From assembly GCA_021811325.1 (NCBI GenBank), contig JAJZPE010000003.1, positions 2,054 through 66,053 of the forward strand: DNA of 64,000 nucleotides. The letters run 5' to 3'. Below, in pieces: positions 45,241 through 56,049 of the stretch. Both the position numbers and the translations under genes were made by a program. The notes under the pieces were generated by a model. It saw nothing but the letters and a program-made list of their open reading frames with translations, searched no databases and was not told the DNA's origin. The DNA comes from Bacillota bacterium. GTDB taxonomy: Bacteria > Bacillota > Sulfobacillia > JAJYWN01 > JAJZPE01. Within the stretch, counting starts at the first letter, position 1, and each line of letters starts with the position of its first letter.

Positions 45241-46503
45241 GTGCTGGCCACCTTTCGCAACGCGTTCCGCATCGCCGACCTCCGCAAGCGGCTTTTCTTC
45301 ACCCTGTACATGTTCCTCATCTTCCGCATCGGCGCCCACGTGCCGGTGCCGGGGATAAACCGGGGTTACATCGAGAACCTGCTGAGCCAGGGCGTCCTCT
45401 TCGGCCTCTTGGACACGGTCTCCGGCGGCGCCTTCAAGACCTTCTCGGTCTTCGCCATGAGCGTCACGCCGTACATCACCTCGTCGATCATCGTGCAACT
45501 CCTGACCATCGTCATCCCCAAGTGGGAGGCGATGCAGAAAGAGGGCGCCGAGGGCCAGAAGAAGCTGCAGCAGTACATGCGTTACGGCACCGTCGTCCTC
45601 GGCCTCATCCAGGCCTTCGGGATGTCCTACGGCATCCGCTCGGCGATCATCAACCCGACCTTATGGTCGATCACCCTGATTGCCCTGACCCTTACCGCCG
45701 GCACCGCCTTCCTGATGTGGCTCGGTGAGCTGATCACCGAGAACGGCATCGGCAATGGCATCTCGCTGATCATCTTTGCCGGCATCGTCTCGCGCCTGCC
45801 GGCCGGGCTTGGCAGCATGACCAAGTACCTGGCGGAATCCCGGATCAACCTTCTCAACGTCATTATCCTGGGCATGCTCGGTCTGGGCGTCATCGCCTTC
45901 GTCGTCTGGATCACCGAAGGCCAACGGCGCATCCCGGTCCAGTACGCCAAGCGCGTCGTCGGGCGGAAGATGTACGGCGGTCAGTCGACCCACATCCCCA
46001 TCCGGGTCAACCAGGCCGGAGTCATCCCCATCATCTTCGCCATCTCCGTCCTGATGACCCCGGCGACCATCGCCCAGTTCATCCAGAGGCCGTTCTTCCA
46101 GCGACTGGCCAGCAGCCTCTCGGGGGGGCGGTCGGCCACCTACTACATCGTCTACGGGATCCTGATCATCTTCTTCACCTATTTTTACACCGCCGTCACC
46201 TTCAACCCGATCGAAGTCGCCAACAACATGAAAAAGTACGGCGGCTTCGTCCCCGGGCTCCGGCCGGGCAAGCCGACGGCCGAGTACCTGGAGCGGGTCC
46301 TCACCCGGATCACCCTGGCCGGGGCGGTCTTCCTGGCCCTCATTGCCGTGGGTATCCCGTACGGCGTCCAGCTGGCGACGAACATCCCGAACATCTGGCT
46401 CGGCGGCACGAGCCTCCTCATCGTCGTCAGCGTCGCCCTGGAGACCATGAAGCAACTCGAGGCGCACCTCCTGATGCGCCATTACCAAGGCTTCTTGAAG
46501 TAA
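45241..46503 (+). CDS. secY: Preprotein translocase subunit SecY (GTG start)
   Basis: 10 TM helices, conserved SecY motifs. Confidence 0.95.
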   Translation: MLATFRNAFRIADLRKRLFFTLYMFLIFRIGAHVPVPGINRGYIENLLSQGVLFGLLDTVSGGAFKTFSVFAMSVTPYITSSIIVQLLTIVIPKWEAMQKEGAEGQKKLQQYMRYGTVVLGLIQAFGMSYGIRSAIINPTLWSITLIALTLTAGTAFLMWLGELITENGIGNGISLIIFAGIVSRLPAGLGSMTKYLAESRINLLNVIILGMLGLGVIAFVVWITEGQRRIPVQYAKRVVGRKMYGGQSTHIPIRVNQAGVIPIIFAISVLMTPATIAQFIQRPFFQRLASSLSGGRSATYYIVYGILIIFFTYFYTAVTFNPIEVANNMKKYGGFVPGLRPGKPTAEYLERVLTRITLAGAVFLALIAVGIPYGVQLATNIPNIWLGGTSLLIVVSVALETMKQLEAHLLMRHYQGFLK

Positions 46504-46564
46504 CGAAGGCCGTCGGCGGCCGTCTCCCGACCGCCCGGCGCCGACACCCGGAGAGGTTCGAACC

Positions 46565-47209
46565 ATGCGCCTGATGCTGCTGGGCCCACCCGGCGTGGGC
46601 AAGGGGACGCAGGCCAAGCTGCTGGCGAAGGCCTACGGCGTCCCTCACATCTCCACCGGTGATATCCTCCGCCAGGAGGTCCGGGACGGGACCGAATTGG
46701 GCCGGCAGGCCAAAGAGTACATGGTCCGCGGCGCCCTGGTCCCCGACGACCTGATCCTGGCGATGTTCGAGAGCCGGCTCGACCGCGAAGACACCCGGCC
46801 GGGCTTCATCGTCGACGGTTTCCCGCGGACCATCCCGCAGGCCGAGGCTTTCGACCGGATGCTCGCCCGCCGCGGCCTCAAGCTCGACGCGGTGGTGACC
46901 ATCGAGGCTCCCCTGGAAGAGCTGGTCCGGCGGTCGGCGGGACGGCGGGTCTGCCGCCAGTGCGGCGCCCCCTACAACGTCTACTACCAGCCGCCCAAGG
47001 TCGAAGGGGTCTGCGATGTCTGCGGTGGGCCCCTCCACCAGCGGGACGACGACCGCGAGGAGACCGTCCGCCGGCGCCAGGAAGTCTACCGGGCCGAGAC
47101 GGCCCCGCTGATCGCCCACTACGAGGCCCAAGGCTTCGTCCGGCGGGTCGACGGGAGCCAGTCCGTGGAGGCCGTCCTGGCTTCGGTCCAGAAGGTCCTC
47201 GCCCGATGA
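46565..47209 (+). CDS. adk: Adenylate kinase (zinc-lid form)
   Basis: P-loop [13 protein letters not shown] Cys4 CRQCGAPYN...CDVCGG. Confidence 0.95.
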   Translation: MRLMLLGPPGVGKGTQAKLLAKAYGVPHISTGDILRQEVRDGTELGRQAKEYMVRGALVPDDLILAMFESRLDREDTRPGFIVDGFPRTIPQAEAFDRMLARRGLKLDAVVTIEAPLEELVRRSAGRRVCRQCGAPYNVYYQPPKVEGVCDVCGGPLHQRDDDREETVRRRQEVYRAETAPLIAHYEAQGFVRRVDGSQSVEAVLASVQKVLAR

Positions 47210-47952
47210 TCGTCCTCAAATCGCCGCAGGAGCTCGCGGTCATGCGCCAGGCCGGGCGAATCGTCGCCCAGGCCAGGCGGCTGATCATCGAGGCGGTCCG
47301 CCCCGGAGTGACCACGGCCGAGCTAGACGCCCTGGCTGAGGACTCCATCCGGCGCTCCGGCGCGACCCCGGCCTTCAAGGGCTACCACGGCTTCCCGGCC
47401 AGCATCTGCGCGTCCGTGGACGACCAAGTGGTCCACGGGTTCCCGGGACCACGGCGGCTCCGCGAAGGGGAGATCGTCGCCATCGACCTCGGAGCCGTGT
47501 ACCGCGGCTACGTCGGGGATGGGGCGGTGACCGTGCCCGTCGGCGAGGTGCCGGGCGAAGTCCTGCGGCTCCTCGAGGCGACCCGGGAGGCCCTGGCCGA
47601 GGGGATCACCCGGGCGGTGGCGGGCAACCACCTGTCGGACATCTCCCACGCCGTCCAGGAGTACGTGGAGAGCCGGGGGTTCTCGGTGGTCCGCGACTTC
47701 GTCGGCCACGGCATCGGTCAGAAGATGCACGAAGAGCCGCAGATCCCGAACTTCGGGCCGCCGGGTCGCGGGCCACTCCTCAAAGAGGGGATGACCCTGG
47801 CCATCGAACCCATGGTCAACCTGGGCGGGTACGAAGTCTTCATCGAGCCGAACGGCTGGACCGTCCGCACCCGCGACGGCAAGCCCTCGGCCCACTTCGA
47901 GGAGACCGTGGCCGTCACCGCCGCGGGACCGCAGATCCTGACGGCGGAATGA
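47206..47952 (+). CDS. map: Methionine aminopeptidase type I (ATG overlapping the adk stop; ORF track frame starts at 46960)
   Basis: [21 protein letters not shown]; metal ligands D, D, H, E, E conserved. Confidence 0.92.
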   Translation: MIVLKSPQELAVMRQAGRIVAQARRLIIEAVRPGVTTAELDALAEDSIRRSGATPAFKGYHGFPASICASVDDQVVHGFPGPRRLREGEIVAIDLGAVYRGYVGDGAVTVPVGEVPGEVLRLLEATREALAEGITRAVAGNHLSDISHAVQEYVESRGFSVVRDFVGHGIGQKMHEEPQIPNFGPPGRGPLLKEGMTLAIEPMVNLGGYEVFIEPNGWTVRTRDGKPSAHFEETVAVTAAGPQILTAE

Positions 47953-48042
47953 CTCCTTCCTTTATATGGCATGATAGATACTATGTGACCGGCCCCAGGC
48001 ACCCACGGAGGCCGGCGGCGACGGACGGAGGAGGGGAACGGC

Positions 48043-48366
48043 TTGGACACCGGCGGGTTGGAATGCGGCCGGATAGTCAGCTCGAAGGCCGGCCGGGACC
48101 AGGGTAAGAAGTTCGTCATCCTGCAGGTCCTGGACGACCGGACGGTCCTCGTGGCCGACGGCGATCTGCGGAAAGTGGCCAACCCAAAACGCAAGAACGT
48201 CCGTCACCTGGTCATTCACCAGGGCGTGGTCGCTCCGGTGGGCGAGAAGATCAAAGCGGGGCAGGAGCCGACCGACAAAGAGATCCGACAGGCTCTGGAG
48301 ACCGAGTTCAAAGAACCTGAGGACGGCCCGCCGGCCGGAGCGGCCGGCAAGTCGGAGAGGTCTTGA
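48043..48366 (+). CDS. KOW-domain small protein (YbzG-like) between map and infA
   Basis: [24 protein letters not shown] motif. Same position as B. subtilis ybzG. Confidence 0.7.
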   Translation: MDTGGLECGRIVSSKAGRDQGKKFVILQVLDDRTVLVADGDLRKVANPKRKNVRHLVIHQGVVAPVGEKIKAGQEPTDKEIRQALETEFKEPEDGPPAGAAGKSERS

Positions 48367-48392
48367 CAATCAGGGAGGGGCACGCCTGGCCT

Positions 48393-48611
48393 ATGGGTAA
48401 AGAGGATGTCATCGAGGTCGAAGGGACCGTCGTCGAGACCCTGCCTAACGCCATGTTCCGAGTCGAACTGGAGAATGGCTACAAGGTGCTGGCGCACATC
48501 TCGGGCAAGATCAGGATGAACTTCATCCGGATCCTCCCCGGGGACAGGGTCTTGGTGGAGCTGTCTCCATACGACCTCACCCGTGGCCGGATCACCGTTC
48601 GATACAGGTAG
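48393..48611 (+). CDS. infA: Translation initiation factor IF-1 (ATG at 48393; ORF track frame starts at 48363)
   Basis: [29 protein letters not shown] matches the IF-1 N-terminus. Confidence 0.9.
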   Translation: MGKEDVIEVEGTVVETLPNAMFRVELENGYKVLAHISGKIRMNFIRILPGDRVLVELSPYDLTRGRITVRYR

Positions 48612-48683
48612 AGTCAGCGCGGGAACCATGGGCCCGGGGGCGGCCCCGGGCGGCTTGGACCCGTCCTCTAGGAGGGAACAGCG

Positions 48684-48797
48684 GTGAAGGTAAGGCCTTC
48701 GGTCAAAAAGATTTGCGAGAAGTGCAAGATCATCCGGCGCAAGGGTCAGATCCGGGTGATTTGCGAGAATCCCAAGCACAAGCAACGTCAGGGTTAG
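48684..48797 (+). CDS. rpmJ: 50S ribosomal protein L36 (37 aa, zinc-ribbon form; below the ORF-track cutoff)
   Basis: Manual translation [50 protein letters not shown]. Confidence 0.85.
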   Translation: MKVRPSVKKICEKCKIIRRKGQIRVICENPKHKQRQG

Positions 48798-48812
48798 GGG
48801 GTGCAATCATAA

Positions 48813-49199
48813 ATGGCCAGAATCTCCGGTGTGGACCTGCCGCGAGACAAGCGGGTCGAAGTGGCCCTGGGTTACCTCTTCGGGATTGGTCCGGCACGGT
48901 CAAAGAAGATTCTCGCGGAGACCGGGATCAACCCCGACACCCGCGTTCGCAACCTGACCGAGGAAGAGGTTTCCCGACTGCGCGAGTACATCGACAAGAA
49001 CTACAAAGTCGAGGGCGACCTGCGCAGCGAGGTCAACCAGAACATCAAGCGGCTCATCGAGATCGGGTCGTACCGCGGGCTCCGGCACCGCCGCAGCCTG
49101 CCCACCAGGGGCCAGCGCACGCAGACCAACGCCCGGACCCGCAAGGGCCCGCGGAAGACGGTGGGCGTGAAGCGCAAGGCGGCGACCACGAAGCCGTAA
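48813..49199 (+). CDS. rpsM: 30S ribosomal protein S13
   Basis: [26 protein letters not shown]. Confidence 0.95.
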   Translation: MARISGVDLPRDKRVEVALGYLFGIGPARSKKILAETGINPDTRVRNLTEEEVSRLREYIDKNYKVEGDLRSEVNQNIKRLIEIGSYRGLRHRRSLPTRGQRTQTNARTRKGPRKTVGVKRKAATTKP

Positions 49200-49225
49200 A
49201 GTAGGGGCGAAGGAGGAAGGACCAG

Positions 49226-49615
49226 TTGGCGCGGAGAGCTGCTAGACCAAAGAAGAAGGACCGCAAGCTGGTTGAGCGCGGCGTGGCCCACATCCGCTCG
49301 ACCTTCAATAACACCATCGTGACCATCACCGACACCACCGGCAACGTCATCTCCTGGGCCACCTCGGGCGGGATGGGCTTCAAGGGCTCCAAGAAGAGCA
49401 CGCCGTTCGCGGCCCAGATGGCCGCCGAGGCCTGCGCTCGCGAAGCCATGGAGCACGGCATGCGTGAGGTTGAGGTGTTCGTCAAGGGCCCGGGCGCCGG
49501 CCGCGAGGCCGCGATCCGCTCCCTCCAGGCTGCCGGCCTCGAGGTCAGCCTGATCAAGGACGTCACCCCGATCCCGCACAACGGGTGCCGGCCGCCCAAG
49601 CGCAGAAGAGTTTAG
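49226..49615 (+). CDS. rpsK: 30S ribosomal protein S11
   Basis: [18 protein letters not shown]. Confidence 0.95.
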   Translation: MARRAARPKKKDRKLVERGVAHIRSTFNNTIVTITDTTGNVISWATSGGMGFKGSKKSTPFAAQMAAEACAREAMEHGMREVEVFVKGPGAGREAAIRSLQAAGLEVSLIKDVTPIPHNGCRPPKRRRV

Positions 49616-49629
49616 GGGGGTAAGTTCGA

Positions 49630-50259
49630 ATGGCGCGATACAACGGGCCGGTCTGCCGGCTCTGCCGCCGCGAGGGGGTCAAGCTCTACCTCAAGGGCGA
49701 GCGCTGTTACAGCAATAAGTGCATGCTCGAACGGCACGCCTACCCGCCTGGGGAGCACGGCGACGCCCGGCCACGCAAGGCCAGCGAGTACACGGTGCAG
49801 CTCCGGGAGAAACAGAAGGCCCGCCGCATCTACGGAGTCATGGAGCGGCAGTTCCGGAAGTACTACGCCCGGGCCGCCAAGGTCAAAGGGGTCACCGGCC
49901 AGTACCTCCTGCAACTCCTCGAGCGGCGGTTGGATAACGTCGTCTACCGCCTCGGCCTGGCCGCCTCCCGTCCGGAGGCGCGGACCCTGGTCCGCCACAA
50001 CCACTTCACGGTCAACGGCAAGCGCGTCAACATCCCGTCCTATCAGGTACGGGAGGGCGACGTCGTGGCCGTGGCCGAGCGCTCCAAGAGCTCCCTCAAG
50101 TTCAAGTCCATGGCCGAAGGCCTCAAACAACGCACCGCCCCGGCCTGGCTGGAGCTTGACGCGGAGAACCTCCGCGGGCGTATCTTGCGGATGCCGCTCC
50201 GCGAGGAGATCGACGTCCCCGTCCAGGAACGCATGATCATCGAGCTTTACTCCAGGTAA
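49630..50259 (+). CDS. rpsD: 30S ribosomal protein S4 (zinc-binding form)
   Basis: [31 protein letters not shown]. Confidence 0.95.
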   Translation: MARYNGPVCRLCRREGVKLYLKGERCYSNKCMLERHAYPPGEHGDARPRKASEYTVQLREKQKARRIYGVMERQFRKYYARAAKVKGVTGQYLLQLLERRLDNVVYRLGLAASRPEARTLVRHNHFTVNGKRVNIPSYQVREGDVVAVAERSKSSLKFKSMAEGLKQRTAPAWLELDAENLRGRILRMPLREEIDVPVQERMIIELYSR

Positions 50260-50286
50260 AAGGTCCCCAAAGAGGGAGGGTACCCG

Positions 50287-51234
50287 ATGCTTGAGATTGA
50301 GAAGCCGAAGATCGAACGTGTCCAGACGGACGACGAAGGGACCTATGGCCGTTTCGTCGTCGAGCCCCTCGAGCGGGGCTATGGGACCACTCTGGGCAAT
50401 TCGCTCCGGCGCGTCCTCCTATCGTCGCTCCCGGGCGCGGCCGTCACTTCGGTCAAGATCGAGGGCGTCCTGCACGAGTTCTCGACCATCCCCGGGGTCC
50501 TTGAGGACGTCACCGACATCATCCTCGCCCTGAAGCAGCTTCGCCTGCGGATGCACACCGAAGAATCGCGGCTCCTGCGACTCGAGGTGGAAGGCCAGGG
50601 TGAGGTCACGGCCAGTCACATTCTGGCCCCGGCGGAGATCGAGATCCTGAATCCCGAACTGCATGTCGCCACCCTCGACGCGGGCGGCCGGCTGGTCGCC
50701 GAGCTCACCGTCGAGCGCGGGCGCGGTTATGTCTCCGCCGATCGCAACAAGAAGCCCGACCAGCCCATTGGGGTCATCCCGATGGACTCCATCTTTACGC
50801 CTATCCGCAAGGTCAACTATAACGTCGAGGCCACCCGGGTCGGCCAGATCACCAACTACGACAAGCTCATGTTGGACGTCTGGACCGACGGCAGCGTGCG
50901 GCCGGACGAAGCGGTCAGCCTCGGCGCCCGCATCCTCTCCGAGCACATGGCCCTCTTCGTGGGCCTGACCGAGGACGCGAGCCGGGCGGAGATCATGGTC
51001 GAGAAGGCCGAGGATGACAAGCAGAAAGTCCTCGACATGCTCATCGAGGAACTCGACCTGTCGGTGCGCTCATACAACTGCCTGAAGCGGGCCGGCATCA
51101 ACACCGTCGGCGAACTGACCAACAAGACCGAGAGTGAAATGATCAAAGTGCGCAACCTGGGCAAGAAGTCCTTGGAGGAGGTCAAGCTGAAGCTGGCCAG
51201 CCTCGGATTGTCTCTGGCCCAGGCCGAGGAATAG
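50287..51234 (+). CDS. rpoA: DNA-directed RNA polymerase alpha subunit
   Basis: NTD and CTD ([19 protein letters not shown]). Confidence 0.95.
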   Translation: MLEIEKPKIERVQTDDEGTYGRFVVEPLERGYGTTLGNSLRRVLLSSLPGAAVTSVKIEGVLHEFSTIPGVLEDVTDIILALKQLRLRMHTEESRLLRLEVEGQGEVTASHILAPAEIEILNPELHVATLDAGGRLVAELTVERGRGYVSADRNKKPDQPIGVIPMDSIFTPIRKVNYNVEATRVGQITNYDKLMLDVWTDGSVRPDEAVSLGARILSEHMALFVGLTEDASRAEIMVEKAEDDKQKVLDMLIEELDLSVRSYNCLKRAGINTVGELTNKTESEMIKVRNLGKKSLEEVKLKLASLGLSLAQAEE

Positions 51235-51245
51235 GAGGGCTCACC

Positions 51246-51587
51246 ATGGCCAAACATGCCAAGCTCGGGCGAATCTCGAGCCACCGCATGGCCATGTTCC
51301 GCAGTATCGTCACTTCGCTATTTGAGCACGAGAAGATCGAGACGACCCAAGCCCGAGCGACCGAGGCGAAGTCCTTCGCCGAGAAGATGATCACCCTGGC
51401 CAAGCGGGGAGACCTCCACGCCAAGCGCCAGGTGATGGCTTTCGTCAGGGACGAGGACGTCGTCAAGAAGCTGTTCGAGACGATCGCCCCACGCTACACC
51501 GACCGTGCGGGCGGCTACACCCGTACCTACAAGCTCGACCAGCGCCGGGGCGACGCCGCCCCGATGGTCCGGATCGAGCTGGTCTAG
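51246..51587 (+). CDS. rplQ: 50S ribosomal protein L17
   Basis: Conserved L17 sequence. Confidence 0.95.
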   Translation: MAKHAKLGRISSHRMAMFRSIVTSLFEHEKIETTQARATEAKSFAEKMITLAKRGDLHAKRQVMAFVRDEDVVKKLFETIAPRYTDRAGGYTRTYKLDQRRGDAAPMVRIELV

Positions 51588-51629
51588 GTGCGGCCGGCGG
51601 ACACGGTCGGCCGGGCGGGGGAATGACCC

Positions 51630-52463
51630 TTGGCTGCCCTCATCTCAACTGAAGGTCTGGGACACCTGTACAACCAGGGGCAGCCGAACGAGGTGGCTGC
51701 CCTGGTCGATGTTGACGTGGCCATCGAGGGCGGGGAGTTCATCGCCGTCGTCGGCCCGAACGGGTCCGGCAAGTCGACCCTGGCCAAGCATTTCAACGCC
51801 CTGCTCCTGCCGACGTCCGGCCGTGTCCTGGTGGGCGGGATAGACACCCGCGACCAGGCCCGGATGTGGGAAGTCCGACGGATGGCGGGGATGGTCTTTC
51901 AGAACCCTGACAACCAGATCGTCGCCACCACCGTCGAGGAGGACGTCGCCTTCGGCCCGGAGAACCTCGGGGTCCCGCCGGCTGATATCGGAACCCGCAT
52001 CGAACAGGCCCTCCGGTGGGTGGGGATGCTCGAGCACCGGCGGCACGCGCCCCACCTCCTTTCGGGCGGGCAGAAGCAGCGCGTGGCCATCGCCGGGGTG
52101 CTGGCGATGAAGCCGCGCTGCCTGATCCTCGACGAGGCCACGGCGATGCTCGACCCGGTCGGCCGGGACGAGGTGATGGCCACGGTCAAGTGGCTCAACC
52201 GCGAGGAAGGCTTGACCGTCGTGCACATCACGCACTTCATGGACGAGGCCGCCGAAGCCGACCGCGTCCTGGTCATGGACCGCGGGCAGGTCCGGTTCGC
52301 CGGCGCCCCGCGCGAGGTCTTCAGCCGCCCGACCGAACTCCGCCAGATCGGGCTGGACCTACCGGCCATGGCCGAGTTGGCCGACCGCCTGCGCCGGGCC
52401 GGACTCGAAGTCCCGGCCGGGGTGACCTCCGTGGAAGAGATGGTGGACCTGCTATGCCGGTGA
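51630..52463 (+). CDS. ecfA1: ECF transporter ATPase EcfA1 (TTG start)
   Basis: Walker A GPNGSGKST, signature LSGGQKQRVA, Walker B ILDEAT. Confidence 0.9.
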   Translation: MAALISTEGLGHLYNQGQPNEVAALVDVDVAIEGGEFIAVVGPNGSGKSTLAKHFNALLLPTSGRVLVGGIDTRDQARMWEVRRMAGMVFQNPDNQIVATTVEEDVAFGPENLGVPPADIGTRIEQALRWVGMLEHRRHAPHLLSGGQKQRVAIAGVLAMKPRCLILDEATAMLDPVGRDEVMATVKWLNREEGLTVVHITHFMDEAAEADRVLVMDRGQVRFAGAPREVFSRPTELRQIGLDLPAMAELADRLRRAGLEVPAGVTSVEEMVDLLCR

Positions 52464-53380
52464 CGGTCGGCGGGGTCTCCCACACCTACCTTGAAAAGAC
52501 GCCCTTCGAGGCCCGGGCGCTGGTCGATGTCAGCCTGGAGGTGGCCGACGGCGAGTTCGTCGGGATCATCGGGCCGACCGGCTCGGGCAAGTCGACCCTC
52601 ATCCAGATCATCGACGGACTCATCCGGCCGACCGCCGGGCGGGTCGTCGTCGACGGCCTGGACCTGTCGGTCAAGGCCAACCTCCGCGAGGTCCGCCGCC
52701 GCGTGGGGCTTATCTTCCAGTACCCCGAGCACCAGTTGTTCGAGGAGACGGTGACGGCCGACGTCGCCTTCGGGCCCAAGAACCTCGGGTTGCCCGAGGG
52801 GGAGGTCGCCGAGCGGGTGAGGGAGGCCCTGCGCCTCGTCGGGCTCGACCCCGACCGAATCGGGCCGCGTTCGCCCTTCGCCCTAAGCGGCGGGCAGATG
52901 CGCCGGGCGGCCATCGCCGGCGTCCTGGCCATGCGGCCGCGATTGCTCATCCTGGATGAACCGGCCGCCGGCCTCGACCCGCGCGGGCGCGAGGAGATCC
53001 TCGGCTATGTCCGCCGGCTCCACAAGGACCTGCGGCAGACGGTCGTCCTTGTCTCCCACCACATGGAGGACGTGGCCCGGCTGGCCGACCGCGTGGTCGT
53101 CATGCACCGGGGGAAGGTGGTCATGGACGGCCCGACGGCCGAGGTCTTCACGGCCGGCGACCGCCTGCGTGAACTTGGCCTACGGGTCCCCGCGGTGACC
53201 GAGCTGATGCTGAGGTTGAAAGAGCGCGGCTGGCCGTTGGCCACCGACGCCCTGACCATCGAGGAAGCCGCCCGCCGAATCATCGCGGCGGCCAGAGCCG
53301 GGGCCGGGCGGTCCGGGCCCGCCGGCGGAGCCCCCGACGAGCGCCCCGGCGAATCCCCCACGGGGGGTGGTCACCGGTGA
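52454..53380 (+). CDS. ecfA2: ECF transporter ATPase EcfA2 (ATG overlapping the ecfA1 end; ORF track frame starts at 52016)
   Basis: Walker A GPTGSGKST, LSGGQMRR, ILDEPAAGLD. Confidence 0.9.
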   Translation: MPVTVGGVSHTYLEKTPFEARALVDVSLEVADGEFVGIIGPTGSGKSTLIQIIDGLIRPTAGRVVVDGLDLSVKANLREVRRRVGLIFQYPEHQLFEETVTADVAFGPKNLGLPEGEVAERVREALRLVGLDPDRIGPRSPFALSGGQMRRAAIAGVLAMRPRLLILDEPAAGLDPRGREEILGYVRRLHKDLRQTVVLVSHHMEDVARLADRVVVMHRGKVVMDGPTAEVFTAGDRLRELGLRVPAVTELMLRLKERGWPLATDALTIEEAARRIIAAARAGAGRSGPAGGAPDERPGESPTGGGHR

Positions 53381-54174
53381 GCCGCGGCCTCACGGTCGGT
53401 CAGTATCTGCCCGGCGAGTCGGTCATCCACCGCCTCGACCCCCGGACCAAGATCGCCATCGTCAGCGTCTACGTCCTGGCTCTCTTCATCATCAACAACC
53501 CGTGGGGGTACGTGGCCGCCGTGGTCTTCGCCGTGGTGGCCCTGGCCCTGTCGGCCGTGCCCCTCCGCTATATGCTGGACGGGATCAAGCCCATCCTCGT
53601 CCTGATTCTTCTGACCCTGACCTTGAACGTCTTCATGACCCCCGGGACGCCCATCTGGCGGTTCGGGCGGGTGGTGGCCACCCGGGAAGGCCTTATCACC
53701 GGGGGCTTCCTGGCCTTCCGGCTGATCCTCCTGATCGCCGTCACCTCGCTCCTCACCCTGACCACCTCGCCGGTCGCCCTGACCGACGGCCTCGAACGGC
53801 TTTTGAAGCCCTTCGCCAGGCTCGGCCTGCCGGCCCATGAACTGGCGATGATGATGACCATCGCCCTCCGCTTCATCCCGACGCTCCTCGAGGAGGCGGA
53901 GAAGATCATGAAGGCCCAGATGGCCAGGGGGACCGACTTCGAGAGCGGCAACCTGGTGCGGCGGACCAAGGCCCTGATCCCGCTGCTGGTGCCCCTGTTC
54001 ATCAGCTCCTTCCGGCGGGCCGACGAACTGGCTATGGCCATGGAGGCCCGCGGTTATCACGGGGGCGCCGGGCGGACCCGTTTCCGCCAGCTCAGGGTGG
54101 GCCCCGCCGATTACGTGGCGGGGGCGGTCACCGCCGTCTTCGTCGCCGGCCTGGTGTATCTGAGGTTCAGGTGA
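53377..54174 (+). CDS. ecfT: ECF transporter transmembrane component EcfT
   Basis: Multi-TM CbiQ-family protein. GTGA overlap with ecfA2. Confidence 0.9.
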   Translation: MSRGLTVGQYLPGESVIHRLDPRTKIAIVSVYVLALFIINNPWGYVAAVVFAVVALALSAVPLRYMLDGIKPILVLILLTLTLNVFMTPGTPIWRFGRVVATREGLITGGFLAFRLILLIAVTSLLTLTTSPVALTDGLERLLKPFARLGLPAHELAMMMTIALRFIPTLLEEAEKIMKAQMARGTDFESGNLVRRTKALIPLLVPLFISSFRRADELAMAMEARGYHGGAGRTRFRQLRVGPADYVAGAVTAVFVAGLVYLRFR

Positions 54175-54965
54175 GGCGCATGGCCAGTCCCGAGAAGACC
54201 ATCAAGCTCGTCGTGGCTTACGACGGAACGCGCTACCACGGATTCCAGCGCCAGCGGAACCGCCTTGCGACCGTTCAGAGCGAGCTGGAGCGGGCCATCA
54301 CCGAGGCCTGCGGGGAGCGGGTGGCCGTCGCCGGGGCCGGCCGGACCGACGCCGGTGTCCACGCCCTCGGCCAGGTGGTGAGCTTCCGGACGGGGTGCGG
54401 GGTGCCCCCCGACCGCTGGCCGCAGGCCCTGGCCGCGCGACTGCCTCCGGACATCGTCGTGGTCGCCTCGGAGGAGGCCCCGAAGACCTTCCACGCCAGG
54501 TTCTCGGCCAGGAGCAAGACCTACCGTTACATGGTCCTGGCCGGTCCGGCGGACTCCCCCATGCTGGCCCCCTACGTGGCCCGCGTACGGGACCCGCTGG
54601 ACGTGGAGGCCATCCGGCGCGGCGCCGCCCACCTCGTCGGGCGCCACGACTTCACGTCCTTCTGGGCGGCCGGTAGTCCGCGGTCCAGCCCGGTGCGGAC
54701 GGTCCAGGCCCTCGAGGTCGAGGCCGTCGAGCCGCGCCTTTTCCTCCCCCCAGGGCACCGATCGGAGCTTGTCGTCGTCACCGTGACGGCCGACGGCTTC
54801 CTCTACAAGATGGTCCGGAACTTCGCCGGAACGCTGCTGGAGGTCGGGCTCGGCCGGCTAGAACCGGACGACGTGAAGCGGATCCTGGAATCCCGGAACC
54901 GCGCGGAGGCCGCTCCGACGGCCCCGCCGCAGGGTCTATGCCTCGTAGAGGTGCGCTATTCTTGA
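54171..54965 (+). CDS. truA: tRNA pseudouridine(38-40) synthase TruA
   Basis: VAYDGTRYHGFQRQ ... GAGRTDAGVHALGQVV catalytic-Asp motif. Confidence 0.9.
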   Translation: MRRMASPEKTIKLVVAYDGTRYHGFQRQRNRLATVQSELERAITEACGERVAVAGAGRTDAGVHALGQVVSFRTGCGVPPDRWPQALAARLPPDIVVVASEEAPKTFHARFSARSKTYRYMVLAGPADSPMLAPYVARVRDPLDVEAIRRGAAHLVGRHDFTSFWAAGSPRSSPVRTVQALEVEAVEPRLFLPPGHRSELVVVTVTADGFLYKMVRNFAGTLLEVGLGRLEPDDVKRILESRNRAEAAPTAPPQGLCLVEVRYS

Positions 54966-54989
54966 CACTCCGGGAGCCCTAGTATACAA
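54961..54989 (+). promoter_or_regulatory. rplM-rpsI promoter (TTGACA-17-TACAAT) overlapping the truA stop
   Basis: Consensus hexamers about 25 nt upstream of the rplM start. Confidence 0.55.
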
Positions 54990-55014
54990 TTAATCTGTTT
55001 GAAGGAGGGTAAAG

Positions 55015-55446
55015 ATGGATACCACCTACATGGCCAAGCCGAAGGATGTCGAGCGCAAGTGGTTCGTCATCGACGCCGACGGCAAGACCCTCGGCCGGTT
55101 GGCCAGCGAGGCGGCGCGTGTTCTGCGGGGCAAGCACAAGCCGATCTACACGCCCCACGTCGACACGGGCGATCACGTCATCATCGTCAACGCGGGCAAG
55201 GCCGTTCTCACCGGGAAGAAGCTCAAGACCAAGCTCTATACGAGGTATACCGGCTACCCCGGAGGCCTCCGGACCATGACCTACGAGAAGTTCATGGCCA
55301 CGAAGCCCGAGAGGGCCGTGGAGAAGGCCGTCAAGGGGATGCTCCCCCATAACCGCCTCGGGCGGGCGATGGCCAAGAAGCTGCGGGTATACGCTGGTCC
55401 GAGCCACCCGCACAGCGCGCAAAAGCCCGAGAAGCGGGAGTTCTAG
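55015..55446 (+). CDS. rplM: 50S ribosomal protein L13
   Basis: Conserved L13 sequence. Confidence 0.95.
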   Translation: MDTTYMAKPKDVERKWFVIDADGKTLGRLASEAARVLRGKHKPIYTPHVDTGDHVIIVNAGKAVLTGKKLKTKLYTRYTGYPGGLRTMTYEKFMATKPERAVEKAVKGMLPHNRLGRAMAKKLRVYAGPSHPHSAQKPEKREF

Positions 55447-55458
55447 GAGGTTTTATCG

Positions 55459-55851
55459 ATGGCCGAGGCCATGTTGCAGGGTACGGGGCGCCGTAAGAAC
55501 GCCATCGCCAGGGTCCGCCTGACCACCGGCGAAGGTCTCGTTACGGTCAACAAGAAGCCCCTTGAGCAGTATTTCCCGATCAAGGTCATGCAGGCCGCGG
55601 TGACCCAGCCCCTCGAGGTCGCCGGGGTTCAGGGCAAGGTGGACGTGGACGTCACGGTCATCGGCGGCGGTATCGCCGGGCAGGCCGGCGCGGTCAAGCA
55701 CGGCCTCGCCCGCGCTCTGGCCCGGTTCGACCCGAGCTTCCGCCTGCCCCTCAAGAAGGCCGGGTTCCTCACCCGCGATCCGCGGATGAAGGAACGCCGC
55801 AAGTACGGCCTGAAGAAGGCCCGCAAGGCCCCCCAGTTCTCGAAGCGTTAA
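55459..55851 (+). CDS. rpsI: 30S ribosomal protein S9
   Basis: C-terminal [12 protein letters not shown]. Confidence 0.95.
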   Translation: MAEAMLQGTGRRKNAIARVRLTTGEGLVTVNKKPLEQYFPIKVMQAAVTQPLEVAGVQGKVDVDVTVIGGGIAGQAGAVKHGLARALARFDPSFRLPLKKAGFLTRDPRMKERRKYGLKKARKAPQFSKR

Positions 55852-55926
55852 CGGCTTGGGGCGGGTCCGTCACATCCCCGCCGACAAGCTAAGCCAACAG
55901 GACCACGTCAGAACGAAACCAGAAAA

Positions 55927-55958
55927 CCGGCGCCAAGCGTGCCGGCTTTTTTGTTGTT
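55927..55958 (+). terminator. Rho-independent terminator after rpsI
   Basis: CCGGCGC-caagc-GTGCCGG followed by CTTTTTTGTTGTT. Confidence 0.75.
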
Positions 55959-56049
55959 CGCCCCCGGTTACCGCCACCCCGCCTCCGGCCGGTCCCCGCA
56001 TAGGCCGCCGGGCAGGTTAATATGCCTTCTACGAAGGGGGGCGGTAGGG

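Noticed and set aside
47953-48042. AT-rich stretch after map (TTTATATGGCATGATAGATACTATG) as a promoter for ybzG-infA.
   Set aside because: Hexamers are weak and ambiguous (TGaTAGATA extended -10 possible but no credible -35). Left uncalled.
48713-49204. 163-aa ORF overlapping rpmJ and rpsM.
   Set aside because: Alternative frame of two well-conserved ribosomal protein genes; Arg-rich with no homology.
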